Shown: positions 26,279 to 44,953 of the stretch, piece after piece
Layout: each line of letters begins with the position of its first letter
How positions within the stretch are numbered: the stretch's first letter is position 1
Assembly: GCA_000708835.1 (NCBI GenBank)
Contig: DF237374.1
Span: forward strand, 15,553 to 79,552
DNA length: 64,000 nucleotides
Source: Klebsormidium nitens
Lineage: Eukaryota > Plantae > Klebsormidiophyceae
Direction: 5' to 3'
The notes under the pieces: model-generated
Told to the model about the DNA's origin: nothing
What the model saw: only the letters and a program-made list of their open reading frames with translations
Databases searched by the model: none
Translations under genes and position numbers: made by a program

Positions 26279-26586
26279 TGCCCGGTTCACATGCGTTTTC
26301 AAAGTTTGCCGAAACCGCCGAAAAGTTGGCAAAAAGGGCCGCGTTTTCATCTTTCAAAACGCGGCCTCCGTCGACCGCGTTCGGTTTTGACAAATACGCA
26401 GCTTTGAAATGCGGTCGAGTTTCAGCGAGTTTTGGCCAGTTTTCGGATACTCGGCAAATACCGAGCTCGGTTTTGCTCGGTTTTCGAAAGTGGTGTTCAC
26501 ATGCGTCCCGCTGATTACGGAGCTGCCACGTCGGACAGAATTGGCAAAACCAAGCAAAACAAAACTGGACGCATGTGAACCGGGCA
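26279..26586. mobile_element. MITE, PIF/Harbinger (Tourist)-like, 308 bp
   Basis: Perfect 18-bp TIR tgcccggttcacatgcgt (26279-26296) and acgcatgtgaaccgggca (26569-26586), flanked by a TTA direct repeat (26276-26278, 26587-26589); no coding capacity. Confidence 0.72.
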
Positions 26587-26838
26587 TTACGTTCAGCTGG
26601 GGCCCAGGGGCCCGGGGCCGGAGGAAGCTCTTTGGAGTCGAAGTCCGAAACGACCAAAACGTCTGCTCTGGCAGCGCAGCTGATTGTGAATCTGACAGAC
26701 TCAGACTCAGAGGCCTGCATGAAGCTGAAGCCTAAGGCTAAGGGAGCTGAAGCCTGACAAGCTGGCGTCTTCAAAATCTGCATAGTCTTGAGTGCAGCGC
26801 TGCATTGGCTGCATTGGCCGCAATATTTCGCAAGCATC

Positions 26839-32726
<5,888 letters not shown>

Positions 32727-33443
32727 GTCTTAGACCTCTAAACCTAGTGCGCTGAACACGTACTTCTGCCGCACCTAGTATGTACGCAAAGTTGCTGCTG
32801 ATCGAAGGTGCACCAACTCATCGAAGTCACAGTGATCTTCGAGTCAAGTGCACGTACATGCACTCGTGGTCACGATCATACATGGAGCACGTGCCATGCA
32901 AGCTTTGATTCAGCCCAGGCTTCTAATTACAAATCCTCGGGATGCGCATTAATTAACCCATCCGACGACCGATGCATCTGTATACACTCCTCATGTATGT
33001 GTCGCGGCCGGCCACGTCCACATGCAGACAGGCAGGCACTCATGGGTTGCCACCAAGATTTTCCATGCCCGTACTGCCCTAGAAACAAAGCCCGACCCCT
33101 TCCACACTGAGCGCCCCATGCAGCAGCTTTCAATACTTGCAACCGAAACCAACGCCCACCTGGTCGCAACAACCGGATGGGATTGTCCTGGGATCGGTGC
33201 ATAACATTCGAACGCAATCGATCCTGTTACCGTAAGCCGCGTGTGCCATGGATGATTGTGCATGCGTTCATATGGGCAGGATCCTTACTGAGCCCGGCAG
33301 GCCACACGTGGATATATAACCTGTTTCTAAACGCGACGAAGCGCCTCGCTGGCGCCTTATATGTTAGATACAAGCGAGCCGCATCCATGTTTAAACAAAC
33401 ACGTTCCTACGGCGTACTCTTTACAAGCCTCAGTTACACTTAG

Positions 33444-33505
33444 CTAGCTTCAATTGTACAAAAGCCCTTTCCGGCTAGCTTCAATTGTACAAAAGCCCTT
33501 TCCGG
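33444..33505. repeat. Perfect 31-bp tandem duplication between the convergent IMDH and DHHC genes
   Basis: ctagcttcaattgtacaaaagccctttccgg x2. Confidence 0.8.
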
Positions 33506-33634
33506 GCTCGAGCTCGGCTGTAGCAGTTTCAAACCAAGTATTTACCAGAAGAATTGGCAAGCGCGCGCAACAGAATCTTGTCATTAGAAACAAGCCGGAT
33601 CGAACAGATCTCAACCCTTGTGACGCCTGCCACG

Positions 33635-36600
33635 TCACATGCCCGGGAACAGCGGTCCCAAGTGCGCCACCTCCCCAACCCGCCGGTTCTCTTCCTCCTG
33701 AAAATCCCCCTCAGCTCGCGCCCGCATTCCCGGGTCTACTCCCACCGCTACGCCCTCGCTAACCACGTGATCGTCCGATCCATCCAAACCCGCCGTCTCT
33801 CTGTTTCTTTCCCCCACTGCTCCCCCGTTTCTCAACACCCCCTGCTCAATGTCTTTCCACCCGGTCTCCCCGGGGGATCCCTCGGGGCTCTTTCCCGGCT
33901 CTAAGTCCCGGCCCGCCGGCGCTTGGTGACCGGCTCGGTTGATTCGGGCGGGGGGCGGCTGGCCGATGTTGTACGGGGGAATGACGTCACGCTTGTGACG
34001 GATGGGCGCGCAGCACACGCGCACCAAATTGCGGAGACAGGAGCAAAACCCGCCAAAGGCCTCGTTAATCCGACGTTGCGCCATCTGCTTCGACGTCAGG
34101 TCTGCAGACAGATAGCGATTGCAAGTCCGTTGAGCGACCGCGCAAACGCATGTAGATTTCCAACAAATCAGTGCTGTTCTAAACTGAAGACCGCATACAG
34201 ACAGTCCTGATCTGGGAGTGAATGAATCCCAAGTGTTTTCGCTTCCCTGTCCCCCACTACTGTATCCTTCCTGACAATCGACCGGGCAGAATGTGCGCTT
34301 CGCTCGTTTCGAGACGAACCTAGCTTGCTAATCAGAAACAGTTGGAATGGTTGGTCATGTCCTTCGTTCAGAAGCTTCCTTCTTCCCTGCGACTCTTCCC
34401 TTTTCTCCGCTTGAGCCCAGGCAAGCTCTCTCCACCAAACGTGGTACAGGGTCGCCCAGCCGTCGGTCAGGCTACGACCAACCCATTAATGCGCTGGTTC
34501 AGCCCACTTCGCGTGATGGCAACGTGCTTGAGGAATTACAGAAACTCGACGATACTGGTCGCCCTGCTTGATCCGAATGACGAAACGCAGAAGCAACAAA
34601 CAAGAGGCGAGACTGATGAGAAGCTTCGAAGAAGTTTATGAATCCACACGAGGAGACCGTTCCACCTTAAAACACCAACTCATTACGCTACAAAAACCGA
34701 AGCTGTGAGATGCAAAGAATACCGAGAGCGTTAGCACTTGTGTCTTACCGCATAGCAGGAGGCACAGGTGGCAGCAGCCAAAGAGCAGCAGGAAGGCGAG
34801 GTAAAAGTAGTAGAAGGTCATGAGCAGCCCCAGGTAAGTGTGCCAGTCGCTCCAGGCATGGCTCCTGCAGAAAAATTCTCAAGAAGTGAGCATACATGAC
34901 GTCATCTACACTCGGCGGGTACACGTGAGGTCCTGCATACTAGGGGTTTGGAAAGCCCTCGCATCCTAGCTTCATAAACTTTGGGACAGAGTCTTTCATA
35001 TACTGCTCACGCCGGCAAGAAACGCTCCACCAGGAGGCTGATGTTCAGCAACACCTCTGCTTTGACCGGATCCTCAAACCTTTTATCCTAACGACGTGTG
35101 AGATTTTCAAGCTGAAGGGCGCATCACGACAACGGCCCATTTTGCGTCGGGGGGCTCACGAAGAAAATTATGTCCAGCAGAAATAATCAAATACCTTCAA
35201 TTATCAACTCTTCAACCGTGATGCCAAGACCCGGAATATCAAGCTTAAATCCAAATACCTGAAAGCCTAGCCTCTGAATCAACGAACCCTGAAGGATAAC
35301 ACCAAATCAAACTCAACCGGCCCAGTTACGCTGGACCAGTAGGATGATGCTCAGTAGAAAGTAACCATGGAGTTTTAACCAGATTCCGAGAGTTACGATC
35401 AACCCGGAAAAGTACACAGCACACTTACCCCTCCCAATGCCGCTGCACCAGAAGAATGATGCTCGCTGCAAACAGCAGGGCGGCGCCGACGCCGCTGCTC
35501 ATGAGGAAGACGACGAAGAAGCGGTGGTTGTTCTGGGCGATGCACGTGCCCACCACCGCGCAGTGGTGGTCGAAGCGCTGTAGTTAATTTGGCACGTGTC
35601 AATAGGGGCCGACTGTCCGAAGGTTTCCGCATTTCTCAATTGATCGATAGATGCTGATTGGCATGCATGAAGGGATTTCGCTTGGACATTTTGACGACCG
35701 TTGTTGCCGAAATGACGTGCTTTGAACGGGCTATTCGCAGGGTGGCACATGGGGACATCGGCTGTAGAAGAAGACAAGGTTCTATGTCACAAAGTGGCAT
35801 TAACAACAATTCGTTTGCGAAGTCGGTCCTTGGCAATTGACGAATGAGAGGTCGGAGGTTGGACGAATCAATTCGGTCACCCCTTCCAGAATCGAAAAGC
35901 TTCTAGAATTTGAGAAGGCAACTGCTAGAAACCAGCATTAATTAACAAGATTCATTACGTACGGCCTAGGCCGTCGAAGTACTCGTGTAAACCCCATACC
36001 AACTCGAACTTGGGGAACGACTCAACATTTCAACAAACTTTGCAGATAATCAATGGCCAGATTCACGACATATTATCAAACCCCACCCACGCACCTGCAT
36101 GCAGAATCCGCAGACACTGCAGTGCAACACGCGGGGCCCCTCAGTCGTCCAGACCCATCAACTCAGCGGTGTCCATCGACCAGAATTTTGATAACTCCAA
36201 AATCTGACCGACAAGCTTGCCCAATGACGAACGGTCCAGGACACGTCTTCACACTCTCCCTACGCACCAGCATGCAGTATCCGCAGACGCTGCAGTGCGT
36301 AACGCGCGGCCCCCGCCAGATGTTGCACGTGCTGCAGTACCGCTCCCAGCCGCGGATCTGCGTCCCCACCCCCATCGGGCCCGTGTAACAAGGGGGTGGC
36401 CGCACCCATTGCGCGCGCCCGTCCATGCACAGGCGCGAGGGCTGACCCGACTCTGCCGCAACAACTTCGGGATCTGGGGGGGAGGAAATTTTATGGGCGT
36501 TAAGACATGCCGTTTGAAGTTCTGGCAGTTTTGCACACATTGTGTGCATCGGTCCATGCACAGGCGCGAGGGCTGACCCGACTCCCGCCGCAACAACTTC

Positions 36601-38832
36601 GGGATCTGAAGGGGAGAGATGTCGTGGGAGTTAAGAGACGCTAATTTAAGTCGGGGCACTTTTGCACCCATTGTGTGCACTTATCCATGCACAGGCACGA
36701 GGGTTGGCCGGATTAAGCTGCAACGACCTCGAGAACTGGGGTAGAGGATGGCATGGGAGTTGAAGTTGGCGGCGGGGCTCGCCTGACGTCAGCTGCTTAT
36801 CTCCGACCGCGTCACATTCGACAGTCTCGACCTCGGACGGCGGAAAGAAAGCCAGTTACACCGTGTGACCGGGTCTTGTAATTGCGACAGATGAGACAAA
36901 ATGGATCACGTGGAGTGAAGCCATATTTCAAAAGGCTGAGAAGAACTTGCTCCTCGTTTTTTGTGCGCAAAATGCGAATGGGGAAGCAAGTCGAAGGTTC
37001 AAGAAGGGAGCATCCATAAACGGCTGGGCCGTATTGAGTCGGCTGGAACGACTCGCCTTTGAGTGTTCGTCGAAGTTGACTTGCCTCGAACACATTTCAA
37101 GGGGCCACAAGCTCTCGACGCTTACCTAATGCTTGCTGATCTCCCTGTCATGAAAACTTTCCAAGAAGGCGGACTTCTTTCAGAGAGGATAAGCAATTGA
37201 CCAACGAACAATTCCCTCTTGGCTGTTTTGACTAATGTTTCCAAGTTGACGGGCACCCTACAACTTCACCGTGGCAGCTTGGCATACCTTTCATGGGCTG
37301 CGGTGTGACGACCCCGGGGTCTAGCTGGTTGACGAGGTAGAGACAGACCAGCGCCAGGCACAGGCACACCCCCACCGTTATGTACAGCGTCAGACGCAGG
37401 GCCCAGGGGTGGATCCATGGGAGTCTGCACAAGAGGCATCCATAATCCTATGAAGAGGCTCCGGTCGTGAATGTTTCTTTTTTGGGGGGCCAAAGCAGAC
37501 GGGACGGGGTCTGATTCTGCAAAACATGAAAGCGTCTAGTTTTGTAGAGGTTTATCCGGGGGGGTCCGTGGCAGGTTGCTTACAGGTGTTGACATGGTCG
37601 TAAGGTGTCCAGATTCTTTCGATGGTGTCTTCGCCAAAATTGACGAATGAGGCTCCCTTTTCATCTGCCGAACAGCTCATGAATTGACTGATAGCTCGTC
37701 TTACCAGGACTCCACTAAGATACCTTCGACGGTTTTATCTGGGGTCTTATCACAGTCTGGTCAACGCTCTGGTTGCTGGTGCTACGTATATACGCGCCTT
37801 ACTTTGACGGCTGCCAAATCTTTGCAGTCAATCGCGGAAGCGGTCGCAGATGTGGTGACTGTGCACTGAGAGAGGGATTTTCGGTGGCCTGGGCATATGG
37901 ACTGCCACGCAATTTTCACCATGCTATTATGTCGCAGATGACTGACTGAGCAATTTTAGAGCTTCCAAAAGAGTGGCCCACCAAGCAATCTGAAAGAAGT
38001 GGACGAAAACCGCCACCTCAGAATTTCAATTTGTCAATGCGAAAGGCGTCATTACAGGAGTCCGGTCCTTGAAGAGCATGCACCATATGTTACACCAGAT
38101 GAGCACTCTGGACTAGACAGCTTTGTCTCTGCAATTCTGGTGCCTCAGCCAAAACAACGTAAGCAGCTGTAGTAAGGCAAAGCAATGTACCACCCGGCTG
38201 CTCTGCCAACATCTTCTGTTCTCGCCAGGTCTCAAGAGGTCCTGAACAAATCACGAAATTATAATGTAAACTAAAATGGTCCTTGCCACTCACACAAACG
38301 CGTAGCCCAGGCCTCCACTGACTGGAATCAGCCACAACAGAACATGGATGCCCTGGAAGCCCTCTCCCCAGGGGCCCTGTTTCTGCGCCTGCCGCTCAAG
38401 CCACCGCTCGTGCCTGGTTGACCGCTTAACCCCTTCCTGAAACCCTCCGTTGAGCCCGTTATTAAACCCTCCGCTATACCCGTCGTTCAACCCCGGTCGC
38501 CGGCCCGCCTCCAAGTCAAACGCGAGCGCGTCATCTCCTTTGGTCAACGGAGGGCCGTGAAATGGGGCCTGGGAAGGGAAATGGGAGGGGATCCCAGTCG
38601 CCGGTGCAGCGCCCCAGCTGCCGGCGTGGTTTCCCAGCGCGGGGTTTGGGTTTGGAACAGGGTTTAATGAGGGTGTATGAGCAGAGTGCGCGGCTGACTC
38701 GTGCAGCTCCCCTGCAGCAGTCTCCCGAGGTTTGTTGGTCAGGGGCTCGGGCCGTTCGCCATCCAAGTCCACGGCGTTTGCATGCGCAAGTGGCGCGTGA
38801 GCATCAGACTGTGGAACAGAATGCGGCTCCAT
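33635..38832 (-). CDS. DHHC-type protein S-acyltransferase (palmitoyltransferase); exons ~38832-38294, 37424-37288, 36473-36266, ~35580-35430, ~34865-34750, 34101-33635
   Basis: Two TM segments, then LDPGVV, then RYCSTCNIWRGPRVTHCSVCGYCML/RFDHHCAVVGTCIAQNNHRFFVVFL (DHHC cysteine-rich domain), two further TM segments and /DLTSKQ (TTxE-like), followed by a low-complexity tail. Confidence 0.9.
36421..36760. repeat. ~132-bp tandem repeat, 3 units, spanning the intron/exon boundary of the DHHC-domain exon
   Basis: ccatgcacaggc(g/a)cgaggg(c/t)tg occurs at ~36422, 36554 and 36686. On the minus strand each unit ends in a pyrimidine tract + CAG. Confidence 0.8.
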
Positions 38833-39494
38833 AGCTGCAGCAGTCAAACCACCCTGCTTGAAGAAGACGGGTGACCACCGCAGCGGCAGAGCTTCCCTAC
38901 GCCCAGGCTTCCAAATTCCCCTCAAATGAGCCACCAATGCACTTGGGGGGTATCGCAAAGTATCGAGTCAACTCGAAACAGCAAGAAATACTCAATCGGG
39001 CAGGGGGGCGAAGGGGAGCCGCATTTCTCGTTAAAGGTATGCTGACGTAGGCAGCGACCTTCACTTCGGTGATGTCACTCGGCCCCTGCCATTTTGCGTC
39101 ATGCGCTGAGTCGACCGTGACTAGGACAACTGCATGGCAGCCTAGCACAGGCTCAAGACTGCACTGCAAGCTACCTTAGGAAGGACATCCGACAGGGCTT
39201 TCATTTCTTTCTTTTTCAAGCAAAGCGAGAGGTAGAAGGGGGCAGCAAGGCGCAACTTTGGGGGCGCGTCCCCGCGGCACTTCCTTGCAAGAAACACACA
39301 CTCAGCACATGAGTAGGAAGAAGAGATAGAAAGGTCCCCGAAAGGTCGCAGCGAAGAGGAGGAAGCTACTCAGCTTTTGAAGAGGTGAAAAGTTGCCGCC
39401 GCGGAGACTCAGAGCGCACAGCTCGACAAGCTCAGTTGAAGGGGCTCATAATAGTATACAAAATAGGGTTTATGACGTCAGTTTGCGGATTTTA

Positions 39495-39503
39495 AAACCC
39501 TAA
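39495..39503. promoter_or_regulatory. Telo-box (AAACCCTAA) upstream of the DHHC gene, near TGACGTCA motifs
   Basis: aaaccctaa at 39495-39503, tgacgtca at ~39474 and ~39579, and a second ttagggttt at ~40038. Motif match only. Confidence 0.3.
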
Positions 39504-39657
39504 GTTTTGTACGAAAACATCGTAGTCGAATTACCTCCGGGCGTAGGATGACGTATCTCTTCGCTTTTGGGAATTATGACGTCAGCATTTGAGAGAGTTT
39601 GGAGGCACCAGAAGGGAGCCACCATCACAAAACATCCAAAACAAGAATTGCAAGAAT

Positions 39658-40010
39658 GAGGCGTTTTACATGAGAGGTGGGTTGCCGACGGTAAGTGCTG
39701 ACTTACCGCGCACTGTCGCGACTAAACTTGTACCGCCCAGACTTACCGTGGCCTCGTTGCGATCGGCGTTTTACATGGTCCGAAGGTAAGTCGATGGTAA
39801 GTCCCGATCGAGGACAAATCCGCACTCATTTCGGACTTACCACGACTTACCACGACTTACCTCATCGATTTCGATGAGTTAAATCGGGGCCTGCTTTACC
39901 GTCGGTAAAGTCGACTTACCACGGTAAGTCGCTACCATGTAAAAGGCAAGTCGTGGTAAGTCCGAAAATCGACTTACCGTCGGGACTTTAACCTCCATGT
40001 AAAACGCCTC
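39658..40010. mobile_element. MITE, PIF/Harbinger-like, 353 bp, with ~12 internal GACTTACC/GGTAAGT motifs
   Basis: Perfect 15-bp TIR gaggcgttttacatg (39658-39672) and catgtaaaacgcctc (39996-40010); AAT direct repeat on both sides (39655-39657, 40011-40013); partial internal TIR copies at ~39767 and ~39936. Confidence 0.75.
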
Positions 40011-41106
40011 AATGTCATGTCACGAGGGAAGCTGCTTTTAGGGTTTCGTGCAAGCCCAGCGCTGTAGCCTGTACAGCGACAGCTGGCTAGCTGGGCTTTG
40101 GCCCTCCGGGCACGACAGCTGGCATCCTGCATAAGTGGCGTAAACCTGTTCTCGCCGTCTGCAACGCGCGGGTTGCCGGCCGCGGCGAGGGCGGCCGCCG
40201 CACATAATGCGCCGACCCAGTGGGGCGACCTCTGGAGAACTTCGGAATCGCTTCATTGGGCGAACAATAGAGTACAAATGCAACTACGTAAAGTACTAAG
40301 ATGACGCAACCAAGAGACGTCTTTGCCTTCAATTAAAGACCTCAGTGGTACATCATGGCGCCATAATTGTGCCATTTCACGATCGAGGTCAAAAATATGG
40401 ACACTGAGACCACATTGAGACATCTTTCATGGTGTGATCGCCATGTTCACGTATGATTTGTCGAGATAGCTTGCCACATCCAATTTTCTCGCCAAATGCA
40501 CTACCAGCTAAGTGTGAAGAAGCCCACAATCTTGACAACTAGAGAATCTGCGGGGAATTGCGGTCAGATATGAAGTCGATCGAGTAATGTATAAAATGCG
40601 TGACAACCACACGGCTGTCAGCTCAGGGAAGATACGCAACGGGATTCACGTTACTCTCAGCTCAAGACGTTCTGGGTTTCATTGTGATGATGATATTGAA
40701 TTGCACAATACTCTAAACCTGCCATTAGTCGAAAGACACGTCTGCGGGACAATGGGACACTCGATTTGGCAATCAGATTCTCGAGACGCCGTTTTGTCGT
40801 CGTACATGCACTTTAAGTTTGATACGCTGTCAAAGGTCTGAGAGTGGTGTCTCGGGTCTGATCTACAAACAATTTCTGCAAGTGAACGTAGTGAATACTA
40901 AAAGCTCGAAAAACCGAAGCCGTCTGGCCTGCAGATCACGAGCAAATCTGAACAGTTTCAAACGCAAAAACTTTCTATGAAAGCCAATGCTTGTGTCCGC
41001 ACTTCTGAGAGCACTAGCTGTTCCACTAGAGTGATCTTCTTCCTTCAGTGTATCCCTCTCTCCCGGTCGATCAGAGATTTTGTACGCATCGCCCCCGGCT
41101 CGTTTC

Positions 41107-43850
41107 TCATCTGGAAGAACTTTTGCACGAGGCCAGCCGGCTGCGCTGCAGGCGAACCTCCTCGTGCAAAAGCTTTCCTGCAAGTCAAGGCTTGATACTT
41201 TTAGAATGCTGTGACTTGCCACCCTGACCAATTTTGCAGTAACTGAGAAAGGTGTGATATTGTTGCCAAAAAAACTGAGGAACGAAAGAGGTCACAATGA
41301 TAGGCATCCGTTGCAGACGACTCAAAGACGGCATATTCGTGAAGACAACGGTAATCGCGTTTTAAAAGACGGGCCAGAGTTATGGGAATACAGTAGTTAT
41401 TCCTATTTCGTTGGAAAAAATAGGCCGAACTTGTAGGAATACGGAGGTGCTTTCAAGAAAGAGTTGATGAATGCATTTGAAATTTTGCCTGTCACATCAG
41501 GCGTGGTGCCATTCTGGTCAGAAAAAGTGCGCATCTTATTTGTCAATTTCTTCGTTTCAAGGCTACGGGGATCCAATGCACCCGGCAAGAAGTACTCACC
41601 CAGATGGGAGATGTTTGGAAGATAAAGATCGCTTCCTAGCAGCTCAGGTTCATGACCCCTACCAGCCCAGGACGTTTTGCTGAAGGGGCATTGGAGGCCT
41701 GAAGCAGAAAGACAAAATAGGTCAGGAAAAGGCAACAAGATTGCCTGTTCGTGTATTAAGGGTATTTAATACACGAAGGTTGGACCGATTTCAACAAACT
41801 TGTGTACAAGGGCTCTCCGACTTTTCTGGCAATGCTGACGGCTATGCGGCCGAATTGCCTTGGCATCAGCTTTCTGCAAGAACTGTTAGCTAGACCTGGG
41901 ATACATAATACTCTATCATCATCTCACCACTTTGGCAGGAGAAAGGCAAGGCTTCCATTGACGTGACAACTCTTACACAAGTAGGACTTGTCTTGCAGGG
42001 TCTGACGTGAGAAACCTGGCAAGAATCCTTAGAAGAAGAGAAATCTGATCAGAGAGGACTACAAATGTTCTTCGGGGTAGAGGGTTTCTGTTCAGATGTC
42101 TCGTCAAAGAGCAAGCAGAAGGAGAAAGACAAAGTTTTACTGAAGACGACTGAAATGAAGGTTCCTCAGACCAGCCTTCATATTAAAACCCCGAGTGTTC
42201 GTGGCGTTTCTGGGGACTCTTTTTATATCTGAAAGGCACTTGTGAAAAGAGGTCGAAGAGACACCAAGAGATTAAAGCTCACCTCGCCCTGCCGAGCATC
42301 TTCAGAGAACTCTCCGGCACTGCGGTCGCTCCTGTGGCCTTTGACGCGCGTCATGGCGCACGGCAGGCCTAGCCCTTCGTCCGCCCGTTCTTGAATCTGA
42401 AGTCTGCTTCTGAACGCTCGAAGGTGGAATGAAGATTGAAAGCGAAGGGTGGTCATATGGGAATTTGATTCTGCATTTCTGAGCGCCTGGGTGTGCAGTT
42501 TTATACCTGTGAAAACGTACACTTGCTGCCAAGGGCAAACGTACATGATGGAGCACCCACCGGTGGGGTACCTATGAGAGGCGCTGCAATAAGTATCCAA
42601 AATTGCTTTTGGCAAAGCAACTTCGAACGGACCCTTGGCTTTTGAATGAACCAGCACGATCCGAGAAAACCGGAAGGGGACAAAACATAGGCGGTCGTCA
42701 CATCACAGCAGTAAAAGATCATTGCACAAGAAACGTGTCTCTCTCGGTTGCCTGTGGTGAAGCATCGAGAAACTTTTGATGTGACTAACGGCTCTGAAGG
42801 TCTAGAAAAGCACGGGCCGAAACAGTGGTCTGCGCAGAGAAGGAAGAACGCGAGTCATCGGAAAGGTACATTCAGATAGAATTATGAGGACAAGATCACC
42901 TCGCGTCATTGGACGTGACTACTCCAGCCAGAAAACCAGTGCCTTAAGAGTAGTCTTCGCCAAGGAATCATATGTCGACGCCACAACCTTGTCAGATATC
43001 GAATTGCTGCGCCTGCAGCTGGTGATCTCATTGCCAGGCAGCCACAAAACGTTTACGTCATCTGCTGCAAAATGAACGACGGGATTTTCGGAGCAATGAA
43101 TAGTAGGTCAAACCTGCAGCTGACTTTATGATATAGTACGACCTAAATCATTTGTGTGTGACGCTCACACACTACCATTGATTCAATTGATGTTCGAGAA
43201 GAGCTCGACCAGTTGAACTCGCGTACATACGACTCGCACAGTCTCCCTTGGGATCTATGATTAAGAGGCTCTTGATGTTGCTTAACGAGGTATTGAGCCA
43301 GTGGAGGTCAACAATGCCGTCGAACTTCAGTGAAGTCATCCGATCCCGAGGATTCTCATGTTGAACACACTGGTTCACAGTACAGTATAGCCAAGTTGTG
43401 AGGTCACATACAAAGATTAAAGAAAGAACAACCCACATCCTAAGGCTTCCTTTTCCTAATGCTGGATACGAAGAGGAAGGAAGACGTGACTTCCCGGAAG
43501 ATGAATTGACATGCGAGGCTTTGAATTGTCCAGACTGATCCGCGCTCTCTGCTTGGCGACCCACGACTCCGGCTCCTCTTGATTTTGGAATGCTTCGGCA
43601 GATTATCGATCTCGGCGCACTTGCATGATGGCGGGCTCAAGAAGACCTGAGGTTGATTAATGCCCCCTTTCGGATCTGCGCCGGCCGCCCGCGATGCTAC
43701 TTGGCTCCGAGCCTCCTGTTGTGAAGCAGACGGCATGGCACAAACCCCGAACCCCTGAATCCTCTCGCGCTTCATCCTACAGCTCGATCGGAAGCCCAAA
43801 ACGACCCTATTACTGAGGCTGTCGCCCATCCGGTCAGCTCCCAAAAAGAT
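41107..43850 (-). CDS. Possible uncharacterised multi-exon gene (3' exons reconstructable, 5' end uncertain)
   Basis: Phase-consistent chain with strong splice signals: IQERADEGLGLPCAMTRVKGHRSDRSAGEFSEDARQGE / VSHVRPCKTSPTCVRVVTSMEALPFSCQSG / LQCPFSKTSWAGRGHEPELLGSDLYLPNISHLG / KLLHEEVRLQRSRLASCKSSSR*. No recognisable domain. Confidence 0.35.
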
Positions 43851-44953
43851 TCGAGGCCAATATTGCTCTCGGCGTCGGGAAGGGAAGTCAGGGTAGGAAC
43901 GGAAGCGGAAGCTGGATTGGAGAAACGATTGTTACGCAGCCTGTGATCACTCAGCCAAGCGGTAGCGCTGCGTGAGCGACTCAACGACAAAATAAAATCG
44001 TCGTTGACAGAGCCGGCTAATGCAGCAATTAGCTTAAGTGTGACATCTGCAATTTATTTACATGCAGCCATATAACGCCCTCGCCACAGGTCGCATCCGA
44101 GAAGCAGCCGTTACGTCTAGAGGCTCAAGTTGCTTGGTCCTTGTCAGGTCAGCTCAGCCGTGCCGTTCACGTTGTATAAGGGTCTCCGATAGGCAATCGG
44201 CTTTGAATCTTTCTCATCCTGTAAGAGGCCAGAGAGATCGGAAATTGCTGTTTATCAAGCATAGAGTTTAGTGGGTAGTAGCCATCAACAGATTATATAC
44301 ACGCGCGGACTCGCAAGAGTGATGATGCAAGATGTGGCGCTCCAATTCCTCGCAGCGCATGCTGGCCGTAGCCGAGATAATCGTTCACTTCAGACAAATG
44401 CTGAACAATGTCACTGTGGTGATACTATATTGAGCTGAGCGGATGTGCGATGATGCAGCTCCTTGGTTCTGCATGGGAGCGCGGAGGATCGCGATCGCGC
44501 ACTGCACCTGCAGCCGCTGTATGATGGATCATGATCCCTACCAATGCAGCTCCGCCAGTTAATCTGATGCAAGGACACATGCATCGACACACTATGCTGA
44601 AACGGCCGCAGTGTACAATGAGCCCGTGTGACTTCAATAAAACTTTTGCCGCTGAATTACAATCATTGAACACCGTTTCAACATACAAGTCGCGGTGCAT
44701 TCAAGCGCATTACATTGCGGCTGAGCATGCGGAACAGTACGAAAGGTGCCTGAATCCCTGTCTATCTACTGAAGCCGACTCGGCCCAGTGTATCAATCAA
44801 TTTGTATCTTTCGTTAGCGAGATGCTATGCATCCTTACTCAAAGCCAGTAAGCAGCAACGACAATGATCAACTTCGTCGACGTGTGATCAACATGTTCAA
44901 ATGGCTGACAACCCGCCTGGCAAGCCAATTCTGATTTCTTCCATCACGGACGA

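Noticed and set aside
36421-36760. Regularly spaced repeats as a CRISPR-like array
   Set aside because: Eukaryotic context; the units are degenerate whole-unit duplications of an intron/exon junction with no unique spacers
40040-40260. GC-rich stretch considered as a structured ncRNA (SRP, snRNA, RNase P)
   Set aside because: None of the conserved motifs of these RNAs is present
41254-41625. Interrupted plus-strand peptide resembling a degenerate transposon or viral fragment
   Set aside because: No recognisable motif and contains stops; the minus strand has better splice-supported exons
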